A DNA stretch of 64,000 nucleotides from Marsupella aquatica. Taxonomy: Eukaryota; Plantae; Marchantiophyta. The stretch's first letter is position 1; the number at the start of each line of letters is the position of its first letter. Shown here piece after piece: positions 36,701 through 51,118 of this stretch. The notes under the pieces were generated by a model. The model saw nothing but the letters and a program-made list of their open reading frames with translations, was not told the DNA's origin and did no database searches. The position numbers and the translations under genes were made by a program. The stretch spans positions 19,534,857 through 19,598,856 of the forward strand of contig OZ316893.1 of NCBI GenBank assembly GCA_973895155.1, given 5' to 3'.

Positions 36701-39700
36701 CTTAGGTTTTCGTACCCTAATGAACCTGGTTCCCGTGGCATGCATTAAATTTGACTCATGGGATCCTTTTTTCGCAGAGCTTTGTTCCAATCTGTCTTTG
36801 ATCTTTTTCTACATTCATGGGTTTCATCACGTGAACCCAGGGTAATGCACATTTGTTTTTCGTAGGTATCGCGTGTTTTTTCTAGCAACTGGAATGACTT
36901 CCGATTTTATTGCCCTTCTTTTAATGTGGTTCACAGCAACAGGAATTTCCCATTGAACATATCTTTACTTTATGTAGAACATCGTGACGTGATAGCCGAT
37001 TAAAAATATAAATATCTGGCTCTGTGATAGCCTCTCAAGAGTATGCATATACTTGTGTGATAGCCTATCTCAGTGTTTGCAGCTAAATTCTAGGAAAGAT
37101 TTATTATCCGAGTGATTTATGAAAGAAGGGAATATAAGGCTTGTATTAAAGTAATCCAGGGAATGTAGATTGTTGCCACTAACGAGTCCCACATTCAATG
37201 GAGCAGACAGGAGAGGTGATTTTAATGTATCAATGAAAGAAAGTTAGTGAAAAGCGTTGTAAATCGTAGGTTTTGAGGATTCTGTAATGCTCTTCAAGTC
37301 ATTTGGCTGCCTTACTCGATTCATTAAAAACCTGTTTTTGATAGTTGACTCCAGATCAGCTTCTAGTCGTTTTCATACAGAATCTCATATGCAGGTACGA
37401 CTAGCAGCTGCCGAAGCGCTTGGTGAAATAGTTGTCTTCATCAGTAAACTTCAGTTAAAAACAACTCTACCAAAGCTCCTTCCAGCAATATTGGGGGTGT
37501 AAGTCTTGTTTAACGTCACTCCTTTAGTTTCTGATATAATAGAACTGGATGTATCTGACCCGGTTCTGAGTGTTGTATTCTATGAATTTTGAATCTTTAT
37601 GGGGAACTCATGGTGATAAGGTGCGGGAGTTTGCAGAATTGTTCTACAGTGCTATTTCGAAGTCTAATCTCAAAGATCTGTTGGTGTGCCCATGTCGATA
37701 TCAAGCATGAGTTGATTTGTATCAGCCAATGTGTCTTTAAAGCGCTCTCTGTTGGAACTGTACTGAAAAGAAGATGCAGTCATAATTAGAAATGCTGGTG
37801 GCATTCCAGGTTGAGGAAGGAAAGGAACAATCTCCTTCCTGTGACTCGGAGCTTGTACATGATTCTTTACACAGTGCTAATGAGTGGGGAGAGGGAGCCG
37901 ATGATTGAGTTTACGGTATATTTCTTTTGGGGTTCTTTAACTTCAAATCTAAGCGATATAAGTTAAATATTTTACATGGAAGAAACTATTGATCAGTCTT
38001 TCAAAAATCCCGTCTGGAAGTGTGAAGAGTGCTTTCAAGTCTCAGATTTTGTTTACCTGCTGTCATAGAATCTTGGTAGGAGGTAAACAAAATTGCTTGA
38101 ATCTTTACATTTAGAACTATCATTTGGTGTAGTCGTTGGTGGAGTATTACAAAGCAATAGCTGTCGTTAGTAGAGGAGATAGAGCAGCTTGAGTTTTCCC
38201 TTCAAAAATGGTTAGTTTCTTTTGCAGACTTTCGAACAAACTGTTACAGAGTCTACCCTGGCGGAAAGACTGATCTTGTGCTTGAATGTGGCAGGCTCTC
38301 ACGCCTGTGTTGAATGCTGTTATTCCCCTGGCATCTTTATCGTCCAATGAAATGATAGAGACGGATCCAAGTCTCTACTTGAAGGTAAAGTTTAAATAAA
38401 TTCGACCGTGACAGCTCATAAGCCTATATGTTTTTCAGTGTCTTTGCGTGTTATCTCATGTGTAATCCATGATCCCTGAAATTAGGGCTTTGCTTGCGTC
38501 GTGCTGGATTCGTAATGTTTTGAACACTGAGAACCGTAACCAAATCTTTACGGCTGTTGCAGAATTACAATGAAGTGCTCAGATGCTTTGTTACAATTGG
38601 TATGGTATTTCCTGATGACATCTTTCAGGAGTTGGTACACGTACGTGTCTTTCCAGCCTCTCATATGGAGAAATTATCTTGACAGTAGAACTGTTATTCA
38701 ATGAGACTCACTACAACTTTGTGCTGAGACCTAAAACGTCTTGTTTTTCAGACGTATTGTTGATGTTTAACTTTTTGCTTGGAACTAATGCAGCGTATTG
38801 GGTCAAGAGAGGATTTGCCTCGACTAGGAGCTCTCTCAGTCCTAAGGCATCTACTGACGAGGTATTGTTCTGAATTAAAGGGCCTGAAGTATCTGGTGAT
38901 GCTGTGCCTTTTGGGTTTGCCTATGCCAGCAGTTTGTGTTCACTTTGAGTGTCTTGGTTTATTATTTTCGGGTCCATACGTGACTGCTTCTTATCTGTCA
39001 GATGGAATGTACTTGGTTTAATACGTCCTAACAGGGCCTATTTAATTCATAGCTTGGTTGTCATGATTTACCTGTGCAACACTAGCTTTATCGTGCAAAG
39101 GAGAGCTGATATGTAGATGTTGATCTGTACTTTTGGGTCAGACTGTCACAATCGTGGATGCAGAGAAAATCTGCTCTTGCTGAAGCTTTGAAACCTTTAC
39201 TTCATGAGCAAGACTTGAACACGAGGAAAGCATTTGCAGAGGTATATAAATATGGCAATTGCAGAAATGCTTGATTCTCTGTTATCATCAATTACTGCAA
39301 GTCTTGAAGCTTTCTGTGATTTCTGGTCTAATTGTCGTCCCCTCATAAATCAAGAGTCTCCTGTATCCTACGTTGCCTTCTCAAATGAATGATTCTGTTC
39401 CTTGCAGTTAGTTGTTGCTATGGCTGCAAACGGATATCTGGAGATAGACACCAGTGAGCTTTTCATTGAATTCTTGGTAAGACAGTGCGCAATTGCGGAT
39501 CAAGAGGTGGACCAGTATAGGACAGAGCAGGCAGCTATTGAGAAGGCAATGGGCCTGCAAGCAACACTGCCCACAAGTAAAAATGAGGTAGCTGAAAATT
39601 TGCATAGTTCTGTTACAAAAAGTTAGGCATCCTGAACTGGAAGCAGTGTTTTCCCTTTCATGAAGACTCTAGATGCTGTCCAGTTGATTCCTTACAATGT

Positions 39701-42700
39701 AAGATATACCATATCACTTTCTTGAGGTTTCTTTAATGTATATGGTTAAGTGGCATATTGATGGAGAGAGAAGTGCGGTGGATAGATTATGTACAATTCG
39801 TCCCTTTTCTCATGCGGCAAAGTATTGGGTTTCTTGAAATCATCTTTGTGTGTGAGGTCATTTCTTGTCCCTCTTATGGAGTTTCTTTCCACTCGCAAAC
39901 CAAAACGATGGCCTAGTGAGCCACTCTGTAGTGTTCTTGTCGCTTCCCATGCAAAGTCTTGTGGTGATGAAAACGTTGACAGCAGTTTTATTGCACGCTG
40001 AACTTGCCTTCTGATGTGAATACAGCTGAAACTAGGAGCCGTATCCCCAGCAGAGTTGAGGGCTGTTAGTGAAAAGAGTCTGCTACTTCTTGCAGGGACA
40101 ATGGCTGAGACGGAAGTACGATGCCAACTTTTGCATGTTGAGAGTGTCTTGGGTAGCCCTATATTTTGTTTTCTCGTTTGAAATATATATCAAACTCGTA
40201 TTCTATATCCCTTGAGAGCAGTACTGTGCCCAGTTTACTTCAAAGTTGATATAGTATGTTGAATGGCCTTTGCTTATCCAATAAAGTACAGCAAAATGCG
40301 GTGTTTGCATGACGGAAGGATTCCTGCGTAATACTACGTTTGAAAGTTTTTATAGATGATTTTTTGGTTTGAAAACGCCAATAATGTAGAAGGTATGACC
40401 ACCAGTGGAATTATCCACTGGGGATGAAATTATTGTGGCTTTGAAGTTATTAAGCCAGATTATACCTGAAGTTTTCTGGTCTTTTTGATTCTAATGGAAT
40501 GCTTCAACCCAGTCTCTTGAAGTAAAAGCCAATTTTGACATCTTCTTTGCAGTGCTTTCTATGGCCATATCTACTACACGTGCTCGTACCAGTTAGATAC
40601 ACAGGTGCTGTAGCAACGGTAATTACGCATTTCATGTCTTTCTGTGGTTCTTTGATCATTTTTGGGCTCTTTGTGATAGTTTGATAACCATTTCTGGGAA
40701 GTGGATATATATGTCAATTTTCAATTTTGTCTGGGCATGAATAGTAAGGTATTACATGTACGGTTCAACAAACGGAGTGGGTCGTTGATTGCTCATGTCT
40801 TTGCCCCGATGGGTCTGCTGCTAGGTTTGCAAGTGCATCGCTGAGATTTCCAGGAGGAGGTTGTTGGCTGGAGAGGTCATGACTGTTGACTATGCAGCGT
40901 CTTCTGGCGTTCCACGACCAGACGTAAGAGCATTGAGTCTCTTCCGCAAGATCTTTCATCCGCGTAAAGGCCCTTGGAGTAGCTGTTGAAAGAAGTATCA
41001 TTTGTCAGAAGATTCTTATAGTAGCATTTCGTAGCCAGAACAATTTTTCTGCTGTAGTGTATGGGAGGAAGACTGGTTGGCCTTTGAAGTTAGAACGATT
41101 ATGCGAGCAGGCTCAACTTGAACGTTAGTTTTGCGTCTGAATTCCATTGTTGTGCTATCTCTCCCATGACTCAATGTAAAGAGTTACGCGTGTTGCTTAT
41201 TAAGTGTTGGCGTGAGACAGGAAATTCTAGCGCGGTTATTGATATTATTACAAAACCCAATGGCAAGGGAACAACTTGCAGCTCGGATATTGACGGTGTG
41301 TTGCCTATTAGGTCCAATGTATGTTTCGGTCTTGCTCCGGCTTGTAAAGTGCATAGTAGGACTCTTCTGTAAATATTTGGAGCCTAATAAAGTGTCCTCT
41401 GAAATGTAGCGTAGGCACTCCATGCAGCTATTAAGCTTTATCTTGAATTGATGCAGGTTCTCTACTATCTGGCACCTCTGTTTCCCAAAGCTGTTCTGTT
41501 GTTATGGGAGGATGAGGTCAGTGACAAGAGTTTTCATGACGTATAGAACCATGGATGCCGTTTTCTCTATCCAGTGACTAAACTTGAGTTCCAGGATTAA
41601 ATACTACTCAGCCTGTTGCACTTGAACATTTCTCTTAAACAATTCTTCAATCCTTCAGGTTCAAATTGCTATCGTGCACTGTCTCTTGTTCTGGGGATTG
41701 TTGGACATTTCAGTTGAGTTGAATTAAAATTTGATGATCTAGTGACTTTGCGTGTCTTCATTCAAAAGAATGTGGCTACGATCAGATTACTGCTATTTCT
41801 GTACAAACGCGCTCCAGTATCGTGTCCTGTCTGAAACAATGCAACATGCAGATTCCCAAAATGAAGGCCTTTATCAGTGACCCGGAGGATATGAGGGGAG
41901 AGTCTTGGCAGCAATCAACTTGGGATGACATGATTGTCCATGTATGATTACTACTAACATATATTTTTAATGGTTGCTCGTCATACCCGTGTTCCCATTT
42001 GTCTAGGTTCAACTGCTCAATCGCAATGAGCTTCATTTTCAATCAATAAATCTCAATTCCAATAAAATAATAGGCACTGTTCAAAACTGGTAGAAACATT
42101 GGTTGCTAAAGGTAATGCTATTTCGTTTGAGATTTATATTGTGGGCATATGGGGTTGTTGGAAGATTATCTTGTCGGAGATTCTTCCCTGATCGATATCT
42201 TGACGAATTCATTTGTGTTGCAGCTTTTATCTGAGTCTCTGGATGTCATACAGAACTCCCATTGGACCACTGGGCTTGGAAACGCCTTTGCCAGTCATTA
42301 TGAGCTGTATAGTGGAGATCATTGCCACTCTGCATTATTGCACAGGTAACTTCCTGCCACGAAAAGTTACTGAAAGTTTGGACCTATTGTATCCCTTTAA
42401 CTTTGCTAACATTTGATTTCAGTAATGTTTGGATGCAAGAATGGCAGACCAGTTTCGAGTGCAGAGTCCTCTGACCGTACTTAAAATTATTTGAGTTTTA
42501 CCAATCTGCCAGATACAGGGATATATATAAAGTTAGTAACTGCAGATTGGCCAAGTTGATACTCTGCTTTAGAGCGGTTGGGAGGAAAGGACTTTCGTTA
42601 ATCAGGCCCATATCTCTGTGATGTGTTCAGGTGCCTAGGCATGTTGCTGCAAAAGGTAGATGATAAGGAATATGTGCAACGGAAGATATCTCTAATGTAC

Positions 42701-45700
42701 AAGCGTGCAGACGTTGCAAATGAAACAAATAGACTTGGGCTTGCAATGGGTGTGGGACTTGTGAGTGGTTCCTCTTGAGTTCACTTTTCGATCTTGAAGT
42801 CTGAACGGAATGTAGTGCAAATTTATCTTACTTTATTCCGTTTTATGCCAGGTTTATTAACCAGTTTTATAGACATGATATGATGCGTTAGTTCTGTCAT
42901 AGGACTTGAAATGTTGATCTGCTTATTTAAAGTTCATGTTGGTGTCCTTTGCGGAGTTGCCCGCCCTTTCATAAAGCAAAACTAAACTAAAGTTCTCTCT
43001 CCTGATTCTGTAGGTTGCAGCATCACATCTAGACACTGTGCTGGAAAAGCTCAGAGAAGTCCTGGAGAATCAAGGCCGAAACAGATTTCGACGGTAGGTC
43101 AACTTCTCTCATTAGTTCACCAGCTAGCATGGTGCAAGTGATCTGAACTAGTGTGCCAAGAGATAGGTACAAGAATACAATTTGATAATGCATGCATTGT
43201 CTGTACCGTTGGAAGTCTTTTAGTTGTCCATTTTGGGATTCAAGCCAGGATGTGGTTTGGTTTGTTGATTTATCTCCTTGTTCGACTTCGTGGGCATTTC
43301 TGAAGCAAAACACAGAAGTTGGTTTTTTGGGGATTCTCTTAATGTCGTACGGATATCACTGGATCACTTCTGTACGCTGGTTTGGCTGAAGCGTTTTCCC
43401 ATTTGTTTGATTGTGGTTTGGGCCTTGTGTCGACAGCATGTTAGCGGTTTTCTTTGAACAAGGTAGCCAGCCAGACACAGATGATGTATTTGCTGCATTG
43501 GCATTGATGTATGGATATGCTGCATCTTATGCACCATCATCAGCCATAGAGGCAAGGATTGAGACGCTGGTGGTGAGTTCCACTATCTTGTTTTCAATCC
43601 TTATAGTTGTCCTACACGTCGAGGTTTTAACTTTCAGCAAACCCTTCTGAACTTGTTTTTTGTGTCTAGCGCATACGGCTAAGGTTCGAGCCGAATCTCT
43701 ATTTTGAGAATTTAAACATCTTGTACCGTCTGGCAGCAAGTCCTTGGCAAGAGAGACTAACTAGAGTGAATCTACTACTTTACCACAGTATATCCCTCCT
43801 CACCCATAACCTGTGTTGAAAGCAGCGGCGTCTTGTCAAGAATACTTCTACTAAATTGAATTGTGGTGTACTCACCATGTTTCCTAACCTTTCAAGTCAA
43901 GGTCAAGAAGCAATATGAGAGCCAAAATCTATCTCGGAGTTTTTCTCCCAATCAAAGCCGCATTGTCCAGTATTTGATATGATGTGTGAAGCAGTCTCTC
44001 GTCTATTTAAGATCACAAATCTTACCGATTTTTGATTGGGACATCAGGGAACCAATATGCTCTCTGGACTACTTTATGTTCGCACAGCTGCAGCTAAACA
44101 GGCAGTAATCACAGCAATCGACCTGTTGGGTATGTATCAATGCACAGTCCTCAATATTCTTCCTCTTTCCTGTAAGCAATAACCAAACTTGGAAGAGCTT
44201 CTAAAGTTTGAATGATCTAAACGTCCGCAGGTGAAGCAGTGATAAAAGCTGGAACTCATGGTGCTCCATTTCCATTAAAGAGACGGGATCAAATGTTGGA
44301 CTACACCATTACACTTATGGCAGGCCACTCCCAGGCTGCAGGGTACATATTAGGAGCCTCTAGTATGACAGAGACTGAGCAGCTTCTGCGTACACAGGCA
44401 TGATTTCGCACTCTTTTACCTTCAGTAGACTTCTCCAAACTAAGTTTCAAATTGGGCATTTAGTGATAGAAGACTCGTATCTGTTCATTGAGTTAAGAGT
44501 CTTCACTTTCAGGTGTCCTTTTTGTGTATGTGTGGCAATTGCGTATGATACAATGACAATCTATATTTGGGATCCCGACTGTAGAAGTTTTATACGGACT
44601 AGGTACGTCGGCACTGCGGGATGGTTTTGCTTGTCTGGGCTATTCCATGCAGAGTCCCCTGTAAAATCTGGGGAAACACAGTAACTCGGTTTCCATCATA
44701 TTGGCAGGAGTTAGCCATTAATGCTTGTACCACATTGGTGTCTGCTGAGCCTAGGTTGCCTATGGCAGCCAGAGATCGCATTCTTCAGGTAAACTTGTTG
44801 TGATTGATTTTAAGTTCTTTAGTTTTGGGTCGAAAGAATTGAATTGAAGCTCCGCAATGTATAGTAGTACGTCCTAGAATCAAAACTTCCTGACTACACG
44901 TCAAAAGTAATTTCCGTGTTTCCAAATGGATACCCTTAGAGTGTCGAGGGTCTTTTCTCTAGAAAGAAGTATTGAAAGTTGGCAGATTGATTACAAATGT
45001 TAAACATCTATTTGTGCCAAGAATGTGGTCGTTGTAACAATTTACCAGTTTGGGAAAGGAAAAAGTACTGCATGCAAGAAATTCCGCTGAAAAAGATTTT
45101 CCCTGGATATGTTTGTAAGTTCTACTGTTCATCTGACAGTCATTTTGTGGTAGGCAACATTGGGTTTCTTTTCTTTACCATCTGAACCAAAAGTTCTGGT
45201 CAATTCTCTGCTGTCGAAGCTGACGATTCTACTCTGTGCAATCCTGTTGACAAGGTACAGTTGGTCGTTAATCGATAATCGATCCTCTGCAATTCTTGAA
45301 ATATGTCGCAGATAGTGACTTCCATTAAAAGTTCCTAGACAATGCCAGCACAATGCTAGCTTTCTATGCAGTCTGCACGGAACAACGGTGTTTGAATTCT
45401 GGATGTCTGGAATTCGTAGGCCTAACCACTTTAAATGTTACAGTGCAGAAGATGGCAAAAGCAGAGCTGATCAGTTGCAACATCTACTCAAAAATCTTGA
45501 CCAGTACTTGTCTGGATCTATCGAATATATCCGAGAGCGAGCAAGCAGAAGCGTACTTGCTGTTCTTCGCCAGTTTAGGGCTCTCTGTGCTACAGGAACG
45601 TGTCCCCTACATTGTGGCGGTCACTGCGTGCATCTCGCATCTGTGGGTGATCGTGGTCAAAACAGTTCTTCAGGTGTCACACAACTCCTCATTCGTAATC

Positions 45701-48700
45701 AAAGCTTGGTAGCTGAGTAGACTCCTCTAGTTGTTGAATCAAAAACCTTTGTGAGGTCTTCTTGCTGTACTGGGCTTAGACGGGGTCGAAGCTAAGTCAT
45801 TAGCTGCTGCCACAGTGCACAATCCTTATATTTTATCTGCTGAAGTCTTCGGTATGGAGAAGCTATTTGGTTGATCGCTCTGAGCAGAGGTAATCACGTA
45901 AAAGTTGCACAGTTACCTTAGGATTTTTCCTTTTTACTTGCGAAACGTCAACTTGAATTATGCGTCAATTATGGTTCGAATCTGGCTGACCATTCTTTTA
46001 AACGTTCACGCTGTGTGGTCTTCAGCTCCTTTGTTACTTCCTCCCCGTGAAGAATTAAAGCTAGGAGAGAGAACAATGGCCTACTTACCCCGGTGTGCTG
46101 ACGTCAATCCAGAGATAAGAAAGACTTCTGCACAGGTAAACGGTGTAATTGCTGCTTTTGCCCTTGAAGGCTGGTATGAACTTTGATGGCCCAAGATGAC
46201 ATCTTTCTCTTGAACGCTTGCAGATACTGGACCTACTCTTCAGCATTGCGTTGTTGCTGCCAAAGCTGGTAGGGTCAACAGAAACTGAAAGTAGACAGCC
46301 CTCGTATGCTGCCTTATCTGCACTGGAGGAACTCATTGACGTTACAAACTGGGTGTGTTTTTATTACCCGAGTTGGAGACATTTGTACTATTTGAGATTA
46401 AATACTGCAGTGGACGAGCATTTCAAGTATTAACAATTTCAATTCATTCATTCATACATATTCAAGGTGTGCATGGCTTCTTAAACGGTGTGCATGGCTT
46501 CTATTGCAGGCTGCATCGAATGAACGGGTTGATGTGATGCGACGTCTAGTAGAATTAGTTGGTGTACTACTTACTACAGATGAGGTGAGGCGTTTAAGTA
46601 GGTGTGCCTTTTTGAGTCAGATGAGGAATTGATTTAATACTCCGGCAGATTCTTGTATCGGACTGTGTATTGTACTTTCATATAGATGACTAACACGCAA
46701 CTTGACAATAGGCTTGGGACATATTGCTTTGTTCTTTGGAATCATCTAGTGCAACTTATAGTGTAAGCACAGGAATCTCTGGTCAAAGATGGTTTCTCTC
46801 CCGATTATTGGACCTCAATTGACATCCCCTTCACGCGGAAGCTATTCAGTGACTTGCATACTCTGTCTCTTTTCTCTGCTTTGCTTTCCTCGTCCCTGGC
46901 TTTCTATCTTTTATTTTCTGGGGCTCTTTAGAGTTCATATTTGAATGACCTTAGTTCTACAACTTTACTGGGGAGACTAGCCTTTCGTAATTGGAAATGA
47001 TCTCCTTAATATTTGCAGGTATTTGTGATTGACCCTAAATTGAAGAGTTTGTCTTGTGTGATGGCGTTATGCAGCTTGTAGCATGTCTCAGAGGTTGTCA
47101 AGTTGCTATTTGTGACAAAGTCTCTCAATCATCACAAGGAACCATCATGGCAGTCACTCAACTCATTGCAAAGCGAGGGAATGAGTTGCCATATAATGAC
47201 ATTCCAAGGTGAGTCTAGATGTCACATGGAACACAGTTGTGGCATTTGGATTAATTCTTTACTTTTCTTGAACGTCATGTTGTACACTTAGTTCCTAAGT
47301 TTGGCGGCATGCCCGCTCCAAGGTAGAATGCTATGTTTGGGTTTTAATGATACGAAGAGACTTCACAGTTGCTTTGCCAGAGGAGTTATTTTAAACCTGT
47401 TCGGAATGAGTAAACTTTGGTAGCAAGGGCTTATTGAAAACCGTGCACAATTTTCTTTCAGAATCACTCAGTCCTTGTTAGCTTCTGCTGCGGCGGTTGG
47501 AGACCGATCGATGCGAGAGCAAGTGTTGGCCTCTGTAAGTTCTCTTTCCGACTGTGGGAATAGGAAAATGTTATGAGAAGTGCCAAAGTGTCTGATGAAG
47601 TGGCGAGGAAATCCAGTCGAACAGAGTAGGAATGCTTCCAGTGCTGTTTTATGTCTGCATCATGGAGTCGGCAGTGGGATAGTTTGGAGGTAAAATACGG
47701 CTACTATACTGGCCTTAAATACTATGGATTGAATCATGTTGACATGTAAGTGCATTCCTGCTATTTAGACTAAATTTTCTATTTTGAATATTTGATTGAC
47801 GTAAGTAGTTGATGACCAGGTCTGCTGTCTTGCGGAGCATGCTCAAGCCAAATTAGTATTCGATGAACTTCTAGCAGCTGGGGAGCGAGATTTATCTAAA
47901 CGGGATACCATCAGGCAGAGGGGATCATCGCCGGTTTACGAAGCTTACCTGGTGAGGCCCCTGAGCCTTTGCGAGAGTCTTTCTCGGCTTATCCAATGCT
48001 GTGAGGGTTGGGTGTTTTCTGAGATCTACCCAGTCAAATACAGGCACTTGTGAGGATGACGAAGTTGCTGAGTTTTAGTGTAACAGCAGCCATTTTTCTC
48101 ATAAAGTTGCTTCGTGAACTTTCGATAGCACTAGATTCAATTTTAAGATACTTCCGGTTTTTTTTTTTTCTTATGTTTCAGGCTGTCTCAAATCATGAAC
48201 CTCTTGCTCTTTCATTTCTGGAGCATGTGATTCGTGTTCTGAACCAAGCACCTGTTTATAAATCCACCGACGTGGACAAGGATCATGAACAATTGACTGT
48301 ACCGTCCACCTTGAATCCAATGCCACAATCAGCGACTCTGGCTCTTGGAGCTGTTTTCAGGTAAACTATTGATTGGTTCATGTTGGCTTGTATGTTTGAC
48401 CACGATGCATCTTATATTGTTTTGAAACCGTAAACATCAACGATGAGAACAGCAATGTGCACAGGCTGCTGACAAATCGCCCTTGTGACCAATTCCCCAC
48501 ACGCCCTAATAGACTTATGTATAACTCGATTCCGCATAGATCTCAACTCAGTATAGATTCCTTGACCATGCTGTTTTGCAACACCTTTGCCACCATATTG
48601 TGCAACTGGGTTGGCAATTGCTCAGCTGTCATCCATTTACTCTGAATTTTTTGCGTGATTGATTTGTAGAGGGAAGGCTGGTAAGGCAGCTGTGGAAGAA

Positions 48701-51081
48701 TCATACTCAGGTGTTTTATGTGCTCTGGTCTTGCGGATTGGGAGCTGTCATGGGACTACTGGACTTGATATTCAACCTCTCAAGTAACCACAGGAGCCCA
48801 CTTTTATGATTGTGACTGTCACTCCTTAATGCCGCTATTGAAAGCAGTCGGACGAGAATACAGATGGAGTATGATTTTCTCGTTTTGTGAAAGTATCATG
48901 GCTGTAATTGACAACGATTTTCACATGCTATGCAGGGATCTTGTTGCAACCTTCCAAATATTCTGCGAGTGTGTTGATGATGAAGTGATGGGCAAGGTAC
49001 AATCAAGGGAACCTGTTTCGCTGTTCCGCATTTGTTGTGCTTTTGGTAGATGGAATGTACAGAGAACTATGAAATCCTGATCCTTTAATATCTTCCAATC
49101 CGCATCATAACAGGTTTTGGCTAGGGATGGGGAGCATCGCCTATCCGGTGATCGGTGGATAGAAGCAGTTGAAGAAATAGCAACTTGCTCCGCCAGAGCT
49201 AAACCGGAAGAGGTACCACGACAAACATTGCCACTGTCAAGGCATAATATGCCATTTTCCTGGTGTTTATTCAGTCTGAGCAACCACAATTTTGGAAATC
49301 ATTTGCTTTTATCATGGGCTGTTTGTAAACGTTGTGCTTATGTGACAATCTAACAAGAGTTTGAATTGGTGGGGCCAACAGGTGAATCGTATTTGCTCTC
49401 TTTTGTGGCCTGCATTGAAGAGGCCCTATGACTTTCAGAGGTCTGCTGCAGCGGCAGCGTTGGCTGAATATGTTCGTCATTGGTAAGTTTGTTTTCTAGA
49501 CTGTTCAATGCATACAATTGCTTGCCACAGAGACGTTCTGGTGGTTCCGTGATCAAGTAATTGGTTTGATTTATGATGACTCTTCTCTCCTTTGCTGTTG
49601 AGTATACAACCTTATCTTAGAACGAATTCGGGTTTCAAATATTGATGTCTCCTTTGTCCTGCTTGTCTGCATCATCAACCCCACTGAAGGAGACAATTCT
49701 CAATTTGTTGAGCGGGATGTCGCAGTCTAAATTATGTGGACTTTGAGATTCATTGATCTGTCCATTCATGTAATCTTATCTTTGAATTCCTCCAGTGACG
49801 GGGACCTTTTATTGAGCCACCTGGTTGGAGCTTTGAGTGCAAATATAGGTGATGAAGCGCCTACCGTTCGACGTTTTTGCGTAAAAGGTCTAGTTCAGGT
49901 ACGATTTCTTTGATTCAGATCTATTGTGGTAGTCCGCATGAATAGTCTACACAAGAACCTCGTTTGCTTTGAAGATCTGTAGACATCCAAACCAATTATA
50001 TATTCATTCTGTGTGTGCATATGTTCTGAAGGTCTTCAAACAATAATTCTCTTTAAAATCTTTCAGTACTGAAAAGTGTATATCTTTCGTCTGCTGACCA
50101 CCGTCCAATCAATTCGCAGCTTCCTCAGAAAGAGCTCGAGACATTTGCATCTCAAGTCTTGAGTGTCATAGTGGCTTTGATAGAAGATGATGAAGAGGAA
50201 GTTGCATTTACTGCTGTACAAGGGTTGTCTACGGTAAGCATGGAATTTATGAATTTTGACTTTTCGAAGTGTCTTATTGTGACAATCTTCCTGGGCTATA
50301 TTCTTTGATGAGAGATTTTTGTAAATCTTTACTTACTGCAAGAGGATATTCTGGTAGGTGTTGGAAGTGGTACCAGAGGAGACGGTGGCACCGATTATGC
50401 TCAATCTCTCTGTTCGACTTCGATCTCTCCAGGTATAATTCAACTCCTTCTCATGGGGACGGTGATTTTTCTGCTACTGTAAAATCCTCAACAATTTGAC
50501 ATTGCAGCGTTCAAAGTTGCTTCACTGAGTCTTCCTTTGACTTTTTTGGTCCCGGAGCTTATAATACATTACCATTACCAGTAGAGGACCAATTTGGGTG
50601 TACCATTCTATGCATGTCTCCTAATGGTATCACCTCTTCCTTTGTAACAGACTCGGCAGACTGTGAGCATACGGGCTGCTGCTTTTCATGCATTAGGGGC
50701 TTTGAGCAAATTCGGGACAGGTGTACAGCATCCCGCATTCATTGAGCAGGTAGATGATGAGCTTGCTCTTCGGTATTCTTGTAGACTGTGTGCTCTCTGC
50801 CTGTTTGAGGTACATCTGGGCTATGAACAGTGTTTTTGACAGGGTTATTAATGTTCGATGCTTCACAAACATGAGATGAAACGTTGATGAACTGAGACTC
50901 GGCAGCTCTCAATTCTTGTTTTTCATGAGGATTGGCTTGTTGTTCCAGTTGTACCATACCAACTTAAAAAAAATCTCTTTCTCGTTCTAAATCTGCCTCA
51001 TAAGTACTTTGTATTGCTTCACTAATTTGTTGGCTTTCGTGCGGGTCGGAACTTACCCGAGAAGGAATTTCGCTACCTTAA

Positions 51082-51118
<37 letters not shown>

